A stretch of 64,000 nt of DNA, taken from the human T2T-CHM13v2.0 reference genome, Homo sapiens. Each line of letters begins with the position of its first letter. Positions within the stretch are counted from its first letter, which is position 1. Below, one piece after another: positions 15,500-26,679 of the stretch. Made by a program: the position numbers and the translations under genes. The stretch lies in assembly GCF_009914755.1 (NCBI RefSeq), contig NC_060931.1. The stretch is one strand, 5' to 3'. Below the pieces are notes generated by a model. It saw only the letters and a list, made by a program, of their open reading frames with translations. It made no database searches and was not told where the DNA came from.

Positions 15500-17050
15500 G
15501 GCCTGCTCGTAATGACAGCTCCTCACCTACCTGCCGGATCCTAGGAGGCGCCCTGGGCTGGAATTTCCTGTTTTCGAGGGCTCCCAGGGGCTGCCCCAGC
15601 AGGCCGGCTCCCCCGCGCCGCGCCGCCGTTCCCGGGCGTTCCAGGCCAGACTTGCCGCCTCTCTCTCCGGGCTGGGCTGACTCCCGGCCTCTCCAGGTCT
15701 GGGCTTGCCGGCCGCGAGGTGGAGGAGTTGAGGGACTCGGTCGGCCCACACCAGGTGCCCAGAGGCCGGAGGTCCGTGCGCCCCGGCCGCGGCCCCGGCC
15801 CGGGCCCAGCCCCGTGCCCCTCGCCATGGGCCTGGCCCGCGCCCGCCGGCCCTGAGCATGGAGCGGGGCTGGCCGCAGGGGGACAGCTGTCCCGGGGAGC
15901 GGCCCGCCGCTTGCCGCCGCGCCCACAGCGTCTGCGACTCGCTGGACCTGCACGGCGCCTCGGCCGGCCGCGCTGCCGCCGCCCTGCAGGCCGCCCTCTG
16001 CGCCGCCAGTGAGCAGCCGGCGCGGCCGCGGAGCGTGTGCTCGGGCGGCCCGGAGCCGCCGCCCACCGGCGCCCGCGGCCTTTTGCTCGGCCTCCTGCGC
16101 CCGCGCCTCGGCCGCCGGGGCCTGGCGCCCTCGGGACCGCCCGTCTCGCCTGCGCCCAGCCCCGCGTCCAGCCCCGCGCCGACCCGGCGCAGCCGCACCC
16201 GCGGGGAGCCGACTCCGCGGCCCCGGCCGGCCAGCATGACTTTCCTGGAGGTGAACCGCCTGGAGCTGGCGGCCGCCGAGGCGCCGGGCGCGGGTCTGGG
16301 GCGCGCGGGCAGCGCGGGCTTCCTGCGCGGCGCGGCGTTGTGGAGCAGCCAGCGCTGGCCAGTGCTGCGCGGCGGGCGCGGGCCGGAGGGGCCCCGGCGC
16401 GGCCTGGCGGCGCTCAGGAAGAGCTTCAGCTTCCGCCTGCGCCGCGGCCAGGAGGTGCGGCGCTCCGAGTCAGGGCTGCTGGCCCGGCCGCCCCGCGCGC
16501 GCACCCGTAGCGACGGCGACGCCGGCTCCCTAGGCGCCTTCCCCAGCCGCCGCGACCTGCTGGGCTCCGACGCCCCGCGCGCAGCGCCGGAGCCCGGCCG
16601 CCCCCGCACCGCCGCCGGCCTCTGGAGGCTGCTCACGAGCCGCTTCCGCCGAAGGGAGCCCGCGCCCGCCGCGCCGCTGTGGGGCCGTCGGGCGGCTGCG
16701 GCCCCGGAGCTCCTGCGCGCGCCCAGCGGTAAGGGGGCCGGCCTGGGGGGCGTCTGGCAGAAAACAGCTCGCGGGAGAAAAGCCGGGCGCGCCCAGGGCA
16801 GGCGAGCTGCCGCGCGCGTCCGGGGCTGGCGGGGTCTGGGGTCTGGACCGAGTGTCGTCCGCGCCTGGCGTCTGGGGTCTTCGGCAGTGGCCGAGGAGGA
16901 CAGGCCGGAGGGGGAGCTCTCGGGTGCGGCCCAGGAAAGGAAGAGGAGACTCACCAGAGTCAGAGGGCTCTGGGCTAGGCCAGACACCTTTCCTAGTTCC
17001 CTGTCGGGGCAGCGCGCTCGCCTCCGGTTGCCCCTGTGCATGAGGTTAGG
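15500..17050 (+). promoter_or_regulatory. AGAP3: CpG island / internal alternative promoter of AGAP3
   Basis: Very high GC and CpG density surrounding the ATG at 15858 and the donor at 16729. Confidence 0.85.
15858..16728 (+). CDS. AGAP3: AGAP3 alternative first coding exon (MERGWPQG...ELLRAPS), 290 codons + 1 nt
   Basis: ATG in good Kozak context (agcATGg), strong donor GCG|gtaagg, phase 1 joins exon 2 (G|AC = Asp) in frame. Confidence 0.8.
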
Positions 17051-17879
17051 GACTGCTGTGGACCTGGTCGTCATAACTGCTCTTTGACACAAACTTGGGA
17101 CAGTGCCTCTGGGAGCCAGGGAGGGAAGCAGTGCTGCCCAGCTAGAGAGGGGTTCCCAGAGCTAGCCCGAGCACCCATGTGGAACCTGGAGGTGACGGAG
17201 ATGGGGGCCTGGCTGTCGGAGGGCTCTGGGTAAAGGGACTTGCCAGTCAGGTTCTGAGGACAGACTGAAGGGAAGGGAGCCCAGGAGGCGGCCTCCCTGC
17301 TAAGGAGGAGCTTAGAGAGGAGGCGGGTGGGGTAGATGGCTCCCTATCCACCTGCCCGTGGCAGAACAGGGCCAGGCCAGGCCAGGCTCCTCCCTCTTCA
17401 CCCGGCTCAGGAATGTGGTGGGTGGCCCCACCCTGCCAGGGTGCGCTGTTCTTACTTGCAGGAGTCTGCCCCCCAACCAGGTGCCCAGCCCTTGGGTCTG
17501 TTCTGAGACCTGCTGGAGTGGCCTCTAACCTGGGCCTGGTATTTGGGCCACAGGGGCACTAGGCCAGGTGTGGCTTGGTGGGGGGACAATAAACCTGCTG
17601 GAGCAGGAAGAGGAGGAAGGACACAGGGCCGAAACCAGGGGGACTGAGCCCACAGCCCTCAGAGTCCTGTTCTGAAGACCATCCTTACTCTGCTTCACTC
17701 AAGAAGAACCTTCCCACTGCCTCCTGGGGAACTAGGGGTGAGGGTTGGGGGTCCCGTGGAGGAAGCTGCTGTCCTCTGGCCTGGGCTTGGGGAGGGCATC
17801 ATAGGTGACACAGGCAGCAGTGGTTGGGACAGGTGTGTGTGCCACCCTGGCCCTGACGGGGCGGCTCTGTCTTCCGCAG

Positions 17880-17938
17880 ACTCGTTTGTGAACAGCCAGG
17901 AGTGGACGCTGAGCCGCTCCGTACCGGAGCTTAAAGTG
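17880..17938 (+). CDS. AGAP3: AGAP3 exon 2 ([20 protein letters not shown])
   Basis: cttccgcag| acceptor, |gtgagt donor, matches AGAP-family sequence. Confidence 0.97.
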
Positions 17939-18181
17939 GTGAGTGTGGCCCATGGGCAGCACCGGCGGCCTGGAGCTGGGGGGGCGAGGCTGGGTGCCGC
18001 GGGCCTGGGCCTTGCTTCTCCGGCTTCTGTCCCCTTCTCTGCTCAGCTTGGCCCTCTCTGCCCTCTCTCCTCCCCTTCAGCCCTGGCCTTTCTCCCTCCT
18101 GCTGCTTCTTTGCTTTTCCTGCTGGGTCTTCTCCCTCGTGCCCTCTGCCCTCTGACCCACTCACCCCTTCCTCTCCCGCAG

Positions 18182-18269
18182 GGCATAGTGGGGAACCTGT
18201 CTAGCGGGAAGTCAGCCCTGGTGCACCGCTATCTGACGGGGACCTATGTCCAGGAGGAGTCCCCTGAAG
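18182..18269 (+). CDS. AGAP3: AGAP3 exon 3, GTPase P-loop ([20 protein letters not shown])
   Basis: cccgcag| ... G|gtgagc; GxxxxGKS motif. Confidence 0.97.
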
Positions 18270-18457
18270 GTGAGCGTCACAGGCCCAGCCTGGGCCCTGA
18301 GGCCGGCCACTCCTCCAGCTCCTGCCCACAGGGTCTGGGTGGGGGGTCTCCAGCCCCCTTCCAGTCCTCTTCCCTCCCGCATGGGAAGCTGTAGATTTCT
18401 TCTTGGCCCCTGGATTCTTTCTCCACACTTTGGACCTGACTGCGCGCTCTGTCCTAG

Positions 18458-18543
18458 GGGGGCGGTTTAAGAAGGAGATTGTGGTGGATGGCCAGAGTTA
18501 CCTGCTGCTGATCCGAGATGAAGGAGGCCCCCCTGAGCTCCAG
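18458..18543 (+). CDS. AGAP3: AGAP3 exon 4 ([29 protein letters not shown])
   Basis: cctag| ... CAG|gtgatg; DxxG G3 motif. Confidence 0.97.
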
Positions 18544-18722
18544 GTGATGCTCCTGCCCAGGGTTAGGGCCCACCGCTGTGCCTGGAGCCCTTTCTCGAGC
18601 TTGCTGGTTGGGACTGGGAGAGGTGGTATGTCCAGGGAGAAGGGTCTACTTGAGTTCACCTGCCCTGCATGGGGGTTTGCCAGGTCCAGTTGCGGGTGCT
18701 AATTTTACTTGCTCTACCCTAG

Positions 18723-18864
18723 TTTGCTGCCTGGGTGGATGCAGTGGTGTTTGTGTTCAGCCTGGAGGATGAAATCAGTTTCCAGACGGTGTACAACTAC
18801 TTCCTGCGTCTCTGCAGCTTCCGCAACGCCAGCGAGGTGCCCATGGTGCTTGTGGGCACGCAGG
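18723..18864 (+). CDS. AGAP3: AGAP3 exon 5 ([16 protein letters not shown]...VLVGTQ)
   Basis: ccctag| ... G|gtgagg; phase consistent. Confidence 0.97.
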
Positions 18865-19296
18865 GTGAGGCGGGGCCCTGCAGGAGCTGGCAGAGAGCAG
18901 GAAGTCCCGGGCAACGATGCATGGGGGCAGGGGTGGGCAGGTGTGAGAAAGCCCCCAAGCCCCTACTCTTTTCCCAGTGCTGACTGGGACCCTCAGCACT
19001 CTCCGTGCTGCTCGTGTCTGAGGGCTTTTGCCCCCACTGAAACCTGCTGTCCCTGTGACTAGCAGGTCTGTGTTTTTTTAGATGAATAAACGTGCTCAGA
19101 GCTTAAGTGCTTGCTGGTTTGCACTCAGTGAGGCCATGGAAGGGTTGAAATGAGACCCAGGCACCCGCGTTCTTGGTGCTCTGTGTGTTCCACTCACCAG
19201 GCCCTTTGCACACCTGCCCTTGGGCCAAATGCCCCCCACCACACTACCCCAGCTTCTCCGAAAGCTGAATGACTCCCGCCCTCCCACCTCCAACAG

Positions 19297-19431
19297 ATGC
19301 CATCAGCGCTGCGAATCCCCGGGTTATCGACGACAGCAGAGCCCGCAAGCTCTCCACAGATCTGAAGCGGTGCACCTACTATGAGACGTGCGCGACCTAC
19401 GGGCTCAATGTGGAGCGTGTCTTCCAGGACG
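19297..19431 (+). CDS. AGAP3: AGAP3 exon 6 (DAISAANPR...[18 protein letters not shown])
   Basis: caacag| ... G|gtaact. Confidence 0.97.
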
Positions 19432-19591
19432 GTAACTCGGGTGCCGGGTGGGAGTCACTGGCAGCCGCGGCCCCAGTGCTGGCGATAGGAAGGCTCCCAG
19501 TGAGAGCAAGGCTGTGTGTCTGGGGGGAGGTGCTAAGCCAGGCTTTTCCCTTCTCTCCAGTGGGTATAATTGACTCTGCTGTCCCCTGCAG

Positions 19592-19719
19592 TGGCCCAGA
19601 AGGTAGTGGCCTTGCGAAAGAAGCAGCAACTGGCCATCGGGCCCTGCAAGTCACTGCCCAACTCGCCCAGCCACTCGGCCGTGTCCGCCGCCTCCATCCC
19701 GGCCGTGCACATCAACCAG
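19592..19719 (+). CDS. AGAP3: AGAP3 exon 7 ([13 protein letters not shown]...PAVHINQ)
   Basis: cctgcag| ... CAG|gttcgg. Confidence 0.95.
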
Positions 19720-21073
19720 GTTCGGCCTGTGCCCCGCCCTGCCCTTCCTGTCCCCACCATGTCTGTCTTGCCTCTGTGCGTCCTGCCACTTCTGCTGGCC
19801 TCCTGCTCACACCTGTCCACCTTCCTCTGGCCTCCCAGCCTTGCATGTTGCTTGGAAACATTGGTTGGAATTCCATTTAGCCGGCACCGTAGCCTTGGCC
19901 TCATCCCTGCCCCACGGTGCCTGCCCCTTCCCGCTGCAATCCCCACTTCTCTCTGCTCTCCACCATTCCACAGCCTGCATTCCCTACCCCGATGCCCTCT
20001 GCTGAAAGTCCTGGGCCATCCACAGGTGGCATGGTCAAGGCAGCAGCCACTGCACTTTACCTCTGCCAATGACCGTCATCTCTCCAAGGCCTGCCCTGGC
20101 TGCAGCTGGTATTCCAGTGACAGCCTGGTTGCATTTCAGAGACCCTTCCCTTCAGGGCTGTGAGAAGGCGGCAGCGTTCCCATGTGGGAAAAAGGAGGAG
20201 GAGGGCTGTGTCCTTCTTACTGTCTCTGAGCAGCCCCGCCCGACACCGACGGAGTGGGGCTTGCGCAGCTCACTTCTGCAGTGGTCCCTGTCCCGAGGGG
20301 CAGGTTGTGGAGGGGCAGTGGTCCAAGCACCTCTTGTACAGGTTAGGGTTCAAGGGAGGCAGCCGGGTAGGCCACACGCTCTAGTGAGGGCAGTTGCGGT
20401 GCAGACCACCTGGTTGTGCCGTGCATGTTTCCTGAGTCCTGGAGGAGCTGCCCTACTGTTTCTTCTCCATTCTGTGATCTCTGTCTTTTTCTCTTTCTTT
20501 CCCTTCTCTGTTTCACATCCACACCTTACTCTGATTGGGAGTCATAGCTCTGTTCTCTCTGCCCCAGCTGTCCCGGAATCCCTTTCCCTGCCATGGGCAT
20601 GCTAGAAACATGCTGCAGTGCCCTGGGCCACCTCCGGCTCCCGCCTCCTGGCCTCCTGCACTCTAAACATACATACCTGAATGTGAGAGTTTGTCCGGGG
20701 TGACCCTCTACCTCCTTCCAGACCACCTGCAGGTCAGGACTCCAGTCTGTTCACTGCCAGGCCCTGCAGCTGATTCCCACCTACCAGCCTGTGCCTCTGA
20801 CTTAGCTCCCTGGTTGGCCAGAAGCACTCCTGCCGGGGCCCCAGGACGAGGGTTTGCTGCCCTAGTGGGGCAGCCCTGGCAAGGTGACAGTAGATCCTGC
20901 TGGCCTCCAGGCCAGGTGAATGTTCCCCCCATATCATCTGTAGGGGCTAGTGGCCCCTCTGCTGCCCATGAGCCCCGGCCAGGCCCCCATTAGCACAGGG
21001 ATTCCCGGCACCCGCCTGGTGCCCGTCCCGCCCCTGACCCGGAGCTGCCCTCAGCAGCCCTCTTTGTCCGTAG

Positions 21074-21232
21074 GCCACGAATGGCGGCGGCAGCGCCTTC
21101 AGCGACTACTCGTCCTCAGTCCCCTCCACCCCCAGCATCAGCCAGCGGGAGCTGCGCATCGAGACCATCGCTGCCTCCTCCACCCCCACACCCATCCGAA
21201 AGCAGTCCAAGCGGCGCTCCAACATCTTCACG
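21074..21232 (+). CDS. AGAP3: AGAP3 exon 8 (ATNGGG...RKQSKRRSNIFT)
   Basis: ccgtag| ... ACG|gtacgt; 159 nt, phase 0-0. Confidence 0.96.
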
Positions 21233-23580
21233 GTACGTGACTGCCCTCCTCCCCCGCCCAGCTGCCTTTGCTGCACAGGCAGGGCTGAGCGCCGAGCTCC
21301 CAGCCAGGAGGGGCGTGGGCAGCCCCAAGTCAGGAAGACGGTACCTGCAGTCTCTCCCTCAGATACACACGGCTCCCGAGGGTCCTTGCCGGTGCCCTCA
21401 GAGTCTTCCAGACTGTTCTCTGCACCCACAAGGGGTTTCCAGTAGCGGCCCTTACCCTGTCCCCACAGTCCTCCCTGCCCTCTGCCGCACACACTCACCC
21501 TCCCCGCCGCCTTCCTCTCTCCTAGGCCCCTTTAGGGTGTCTGTGAGCTTGAAAGTATCCTTGGACTCACTTGGCCTAACTCCCCTGACCCCCTTTGATT
21601 CAACAGCTAATGAACCGGCGGCCGGAAGGCTGTTTGCCCAAGGCGACACAGAGGGTTAGCTGGCCCAGCTAGAGTCAGAGCCCAGGCCTCCCCGTCGCCT
21701 TCCGGCTCTTTTTCCGTTACCCCACTGCCGAGGGGAAAATTCATGCTTTCCACCCACCGCTGTGATTGGTTTAACAAAGGCTTAGCCATCTTTTCCTGGG
21801 CTTCACCACGCTGCCTCGTTCCTCCCTCTCAGGTTTGTCCTGTCTCCTTGTGAGCTCCTCACTCACCCCTCACAAACCTCACACCCCACACCTGGGGGCT
21901 GTTGTGCTGGCCCGGCTGAGGGTGGCCTCTGGCTCTCAGGCCCCAGGGCCTGCTGTCTCTCCACTCCCAATGTGCGACACACAGTGCCCATCCAAACCCT
22001 AATCCTCCAGCCGGGCTTGGCTGGATGTTCCAGGAGTCTTGGGCCAGACAAAGGTGGGTGAACCCCCGTGTGGGTTGTCACGAGAGCGCCCGCCCCTCCG
22101 CGTCACTCCATGCGCCTCTTTCCGAGAGCAGGGCTTGGCTCTCAGCCTGGGCCCGAGTGCGGCCAGCCAGGCCAGATCTCCGGACCCTGCCCGGACAGAG
22201 CTGGCGCTTCCAAGCCCTGCTCACTCATCCTCGCCTCTGCCTGCCCAGCTCACTTCTCCCTCCCGGCTGCCTGCCTCTGTCCCGAGCCCGCCACCTGCCC
22301 TCGCGGCCATCCATGCTAACAGAGACTCTGTGCTGACGGTCCGCCACACATTGCAGCTGCCCGGCCCTGACCCTGCCTAAATGTGCAGCTTCTCCTTTCT
22401 ATCCATGGCCATTGAGACATTAGAGCGTGGGGGGGGCCGCCTGCTCGAGCCCACACCTGCTGCTGCTGCTGCTGCGGGACCCTTAGGTGCCTCTGTCCAC
22501 GGTGCCTACTGCCAGGGCCTGGGCACCCTGCTCCCTGGCATCGTGCCTCAGTCATCCGCTGCCTCAGTTCCATTCTTAATCTCCCCTTCCCCTCGTTGGC
22601 AAGCTCTGTAGCAACCCCAGGGCACCCCCTGCCTTTCCCTGCCCTGCTACCCTCTCCTCCGCCCATGCCCAGTCCCCGGCCTCCTCCCTTGCGCCCCGTG
22701 CTTCCTGCCATCCTGTGCTCTCTGCTGCCTGCCTCGACTCTGCTGCCCTCCCTCCTGGCTGCTCACGGCACGGCCTTCCCTCTGGCGCTTCCATTCTCTC
22801 CATCCTCACAGCGGCGACCTTATATTTTCCTTCCATTGTTTCTGTGGTGACCTCACTTGCACCATTGTCCCTGAGACGGCCTCAAGACGCGTCCGTCTCT
22901 GTGGGTGTATCTCGGGACCTCCCCTCTCATCATTGCTGTTGGGGCCTCCCCTCTTCTCCCTCATCGTCCTCCCCAGCAGCGACATGCTTGCTCGAGGGCG
23001 AGCCCCTGTGTCCTGCCTGCTCTGTGGCTAGTGACCCCCTACTGGACATGGTTGTGCTGTCCCCAGTCTCTCCTGTGACTTCATGTGCTCATTTCGTTGC
23101 TGCTCTTGCCCCAGTTCCTGTCCGCATGGGGAGGTGCCCCTCTGGGCTCCCAGGGGTCCTCTGGTGGTCGGGGCCTCTTGGCTCACAATCTGGCTGGGGT
23201 GGGCTGCACCCCACTCCCCCCAAACCGGCTCTTCTGTCTGGGGACCCGGTGGCAGCAGTCCCATCCACCTTCCTCCTCCCTGGGCCAAAGGGGCAGAGGG
23301 CTGTGGCGGTCTGGGCCGTGGAGCCCAGGAGGGGATGGGGCGGTGCCGCCTGTGGAGCTGCTGGGTGGCACTTTGCTCTCCGGCGGCTCTTTTGCCCGGT
23401 TCTCCTTGTTCCCTCTGGCCTTGCTTTCTCCCACGCTGCAGTTGTGGCCCTGTGTCCCCTCGCTGTGCCCTTGGCTCCTGGCAGCCTGGGAGAACGGGAG
23501 GGATGGGGCCTGGGCTGCCGAGTGGCGAACATACCATTCCGTGCTGAGGTGGACGCTTGGCCTGTGTCTGCCCAGCAGGT

Positions 23581-23716
23581 GCCGCTGCCGCCCGCCGCCG
23601 CCGCCGCCGCCTCCTCCTCCTCCTGGTCCTCCTCCTTCTCCTCCTCCTCCTTGTCCTTCTCCTCTTCCTCGTCCTTCTCCTCCTCCTCCTCCTCCTCTTC
23701 ATCCCGCTGCCGCCGC
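23581..23716. repeat. Compound (GCC)n-(TCC)n triplet repeat
   Basis: GCC run followed by ~90 nt of degenerate TCC. Confidence 0.9.
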
Positions 23717-23814
23717 TCCCCAGGCGCCTGGGTCTCTGCCCTCACCGGTGCTGACCGACTTGTGCGGGGCTTGAGTATAACTTGCCAAAATCTTTATTCT
23801 TTCGATATTTGCAG

Positions 23815-23877
23815 ATATGTGCCACTGTTTCCAACTTTTCATCAACAAAAAGGCCTTTCCAACTCCTTCCAAATTAG
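23815..23877 (+). CDS. AGAP3: AGAP3 alternative terminal exon coding part (ICATVSNFSSTKRPFQLLPN*), short GTPase-only/CRAG-type isoform
   Basis: atttgcag| acceptor, phase 0 after exon 7 or 8, TAG 23875-23877, downstream AATAAA; matches my recollection of the short AGAP3 isoform C-terminus. Confidence 0.85.
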   Translation: MCATVSNFSSTKRPFQLLPN

Positions 23878-24708
23878 AAGACCAGTTGGTGACACACAGC
23901 ACCTCTGGACATGCCCCCTGTGCGGGGCCGGAGGCGGGCCGGGCCCTGGGACTGCTCTCAGATGAGAAGCGGCCGCCGAGCTCCCCACTCCAGAGACCCA
24001 CGGGAACCTTTGTAACTAACCCCACCCCCAGGGAAGGCTAGGAGCGCCGGAGCCCGCGCTGGGGGCTGCCGGGGACCAGGCCCGGCCGGACGCTGCAGGC
24101 TCGCTGCATGGAGAAGAAGGCAGCTCGGCCCCACGCCCGGCGCTGGCCAGCGCGACGAGGCCCAGAGGGGCGGGGGAGTCCAAGCCCGCCCGGCCCGGCT
24201 GCTCCTGGGGGGCGCTTTCCTGCCCCTCCCCTCCTCTGCTCCTTCCTGCATGGACCTCTGCCGTTCCTGCTCCTGCTCCGGAAGCCGCCGCCGCCGCCGC
24301 GCTTGCCTTGCCCCCTCTTTTTGGCCTCCCCCTATTTCCTAGGATCCGCATTCGGGTGGACTCTGCCCCAGGAGCTTGACAGGGTGCAGGGCCTCTTCTG
24401 GCCTCTCTCCTCTCTCTGTCCATCCACTGTGCCCCTTGGGCCACGCCGACGCGCTCGGTGCCACGTGCCGTGTGGTGTCTGTGCCGCAGACGGGCCATCT
24501 GCCCGCTCACTTGTGGACTTTGCGCTCCCGGTTGTCGCGCCCTGTGCTCCCGACCAGCAGCCCCACCGTCCACCTCCTCGCCCCCGCTTCTCTTACGCCC
24601 CCGCCCCGGGCGTGCTCCTCGCGCCCTCGGCCTCTCTGTCCTTGCTCTTTTGTAAGGGGCGGGCCCGGCTCAGTGACCTGTGCTGCTCTGTATGGTGCCG
24701 TGTGTAAG

Positions 24709-24714
24709 AATAAA
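24709..24714 (+). terminator. AGAP3: Intronic polyA signal (AATAAA) for the short AGAP3 isoform
   Basis: AATAAA with upstream TGTA elements, ~830 nt after the alternative stop and 170 nt before exon 9. Confidence 0.75.
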
Positions 24715-24859
24715 CCCGTTGGAATACTCGTGGTCTCAGTTCCTTCCCGTCCCGCCGCCCCGGCCCGACCCACTGCTAGGGCTGCCCAGGAGGAGGGAGG
24801 CAGGAGGGAGGCCGGGAAGTCCAGGTGGGCAGCTCTCGGCAGACCCTGGGCCTCTTTAA

Positions 24860-25114
<255 letters not shown>

Positions 25115-26679
25115 TAACAAGGGACTGGCTCTCCAGTGAGAAGCCACCTTCTCTGCGCCGCCACCTTCAGGCCACGAGCTCTGCCTGTACCTTCTGATCA
25201 CCACCGGAGGGCAGCAGAGAGCTACCTGCCGTGTTCAGCCAGGCGCTCAGCCTGTCCCGCTGGTTCTGGAGTTGGGTCTGGAGAGGGTTGAGTGGCTCTC
25301 TAAGGAAAATGAGCAACCCGAGAAGCCTGCGTGGAAGGGGATACTGAGGGCTAGTCCAGCGCTAGGTCTGTTGGCATGGTTTTGTTAATAAGGGCCTCTG
25401 TTCGTCTTTAAAGAAAAAAGTAGACTACCTCCTCACCTCTCCCACCTCCTTTCTAGTCAGTCCTGGGGGCCCTGGGCCTGCCTTCTTCCACACCTCCGGT
25501 CTTGGATTCCTGCAGTGGACACGGCATTGCCCCACGGAGGGCGTCTCTTTGATGTGTTGAGCCAGAGCAGCTGGGGTGGATGGGGAGGCATGTCTTTGGT
25601 GTGTGGGCAAGAGCCTGAGGAGCTGGGGTGCCCATAAGAACGGGGGCACTTGGCACAGAATTTTTTGGGATCTGGTGGTTGGAGAGGCCATGTACATAGG
25701 CAGCCGTACTGCCAGGTTTTGACCACAGAGGAGGCTCACGTGGCCAGAGCCCCTGAGCCTGGCGTGGCAAGGCCTGTGGTCAGGTGTGGCTCTCCTGGGC
25801 TGGGACTCATGGGCAGTGTGACTGCTTGTGGGGAGGGGCCAGTCGGTGTGACCAGGATTCATTCGTTAAGGCTAGGGGTTTCTGACCCCCAGCCAAAGTC
25901 CATTTAGAATGAAGAGTTCCAAGCAGAGTAGTGTCCCAGAGGGCAGGGTCCCACAGGGTCCCATGCCGTGATCCGTATTGTTTCCACTCACCCCTCTCTT
26001 GAAATGTTCATTGCATTTATGTCTGGCAGTGACCACCCCAGTTGGGCCAGACTACTGGAGGGCCCCCTGGAAAGCCAAGAGCACAGTGACAGCAGCCAGA
26101 GGCTTCCCTGTTCGTTCGCGGAGTGCGTGTGTATGTGTGTCTTTGTGCAGGACAGACCCTGCACAAACCTGTTGCTCATTTGATCCCCTCTCTCCGGGCA
26201 CCTCCTTTGTGGGGGACCCTGCTAGGTGACGCCCTCTGCTTTGGGCGTAGGCTCCTCAGCTCCCTGCTTGGAGATGGGGAGTGCAAGGGAAGGCGTGGGC
26301 GGTGAGTGGGTGTGTAGACACACTTCACCGAATTCACTACGAAAATGGGACCACTTTCCTTGGGGTCCTACGTGCTCCCTTTCCTCACTGGTCGTCAGGG
26401 GCTGACTTATTTGTTCCCTGAATCCCTCACATGGGAAGGAAGGAGACATGTTGGGTTGGGGAGGAAGCCCTGTGAACTTGAACCTGGGGTTCTGGTCCAG
26501 TCTTAGAGTTAGTAGGTCACTTGGGTGTTTTCACCCCTAAATCTCAGGGACGCTCAGTAGGAAGGCCCTCTAGCTGCACAGCCCAGAGTGGTGCCGCCAG
26601 CTGGGGGCAGGTGTCAGAGGCCTGTGCCTGATGCAGTGACACCCTTTAGGGGGTGCCCGCTCCTTCCCGTTCTGTAACG

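Noticed and set aside
16729-17087. Last ~119 codons of the 409-aa ORF
   Set aside because: Lie beyond a strong gtaagg donor that splices in frame to exon 2; treated as intron.
15527-17092. 521-aa antisense ORF over the CpG island
   Set aside because: Shadow of a very GC-rich coding exon (few stop codons); non-ATG start, no domain.
18182-19431. Atypical G4 motif (VGTQD instead of NKxD) as a novelty
   Set aside because: Known property of the AGAP GTPase-like domain.
22715-23965. 416-aa + strand ORF
   Set aside because: GTG start, low complexity, kept open by C/T-rich and triplet-repeat sequence; no recognisable protein.
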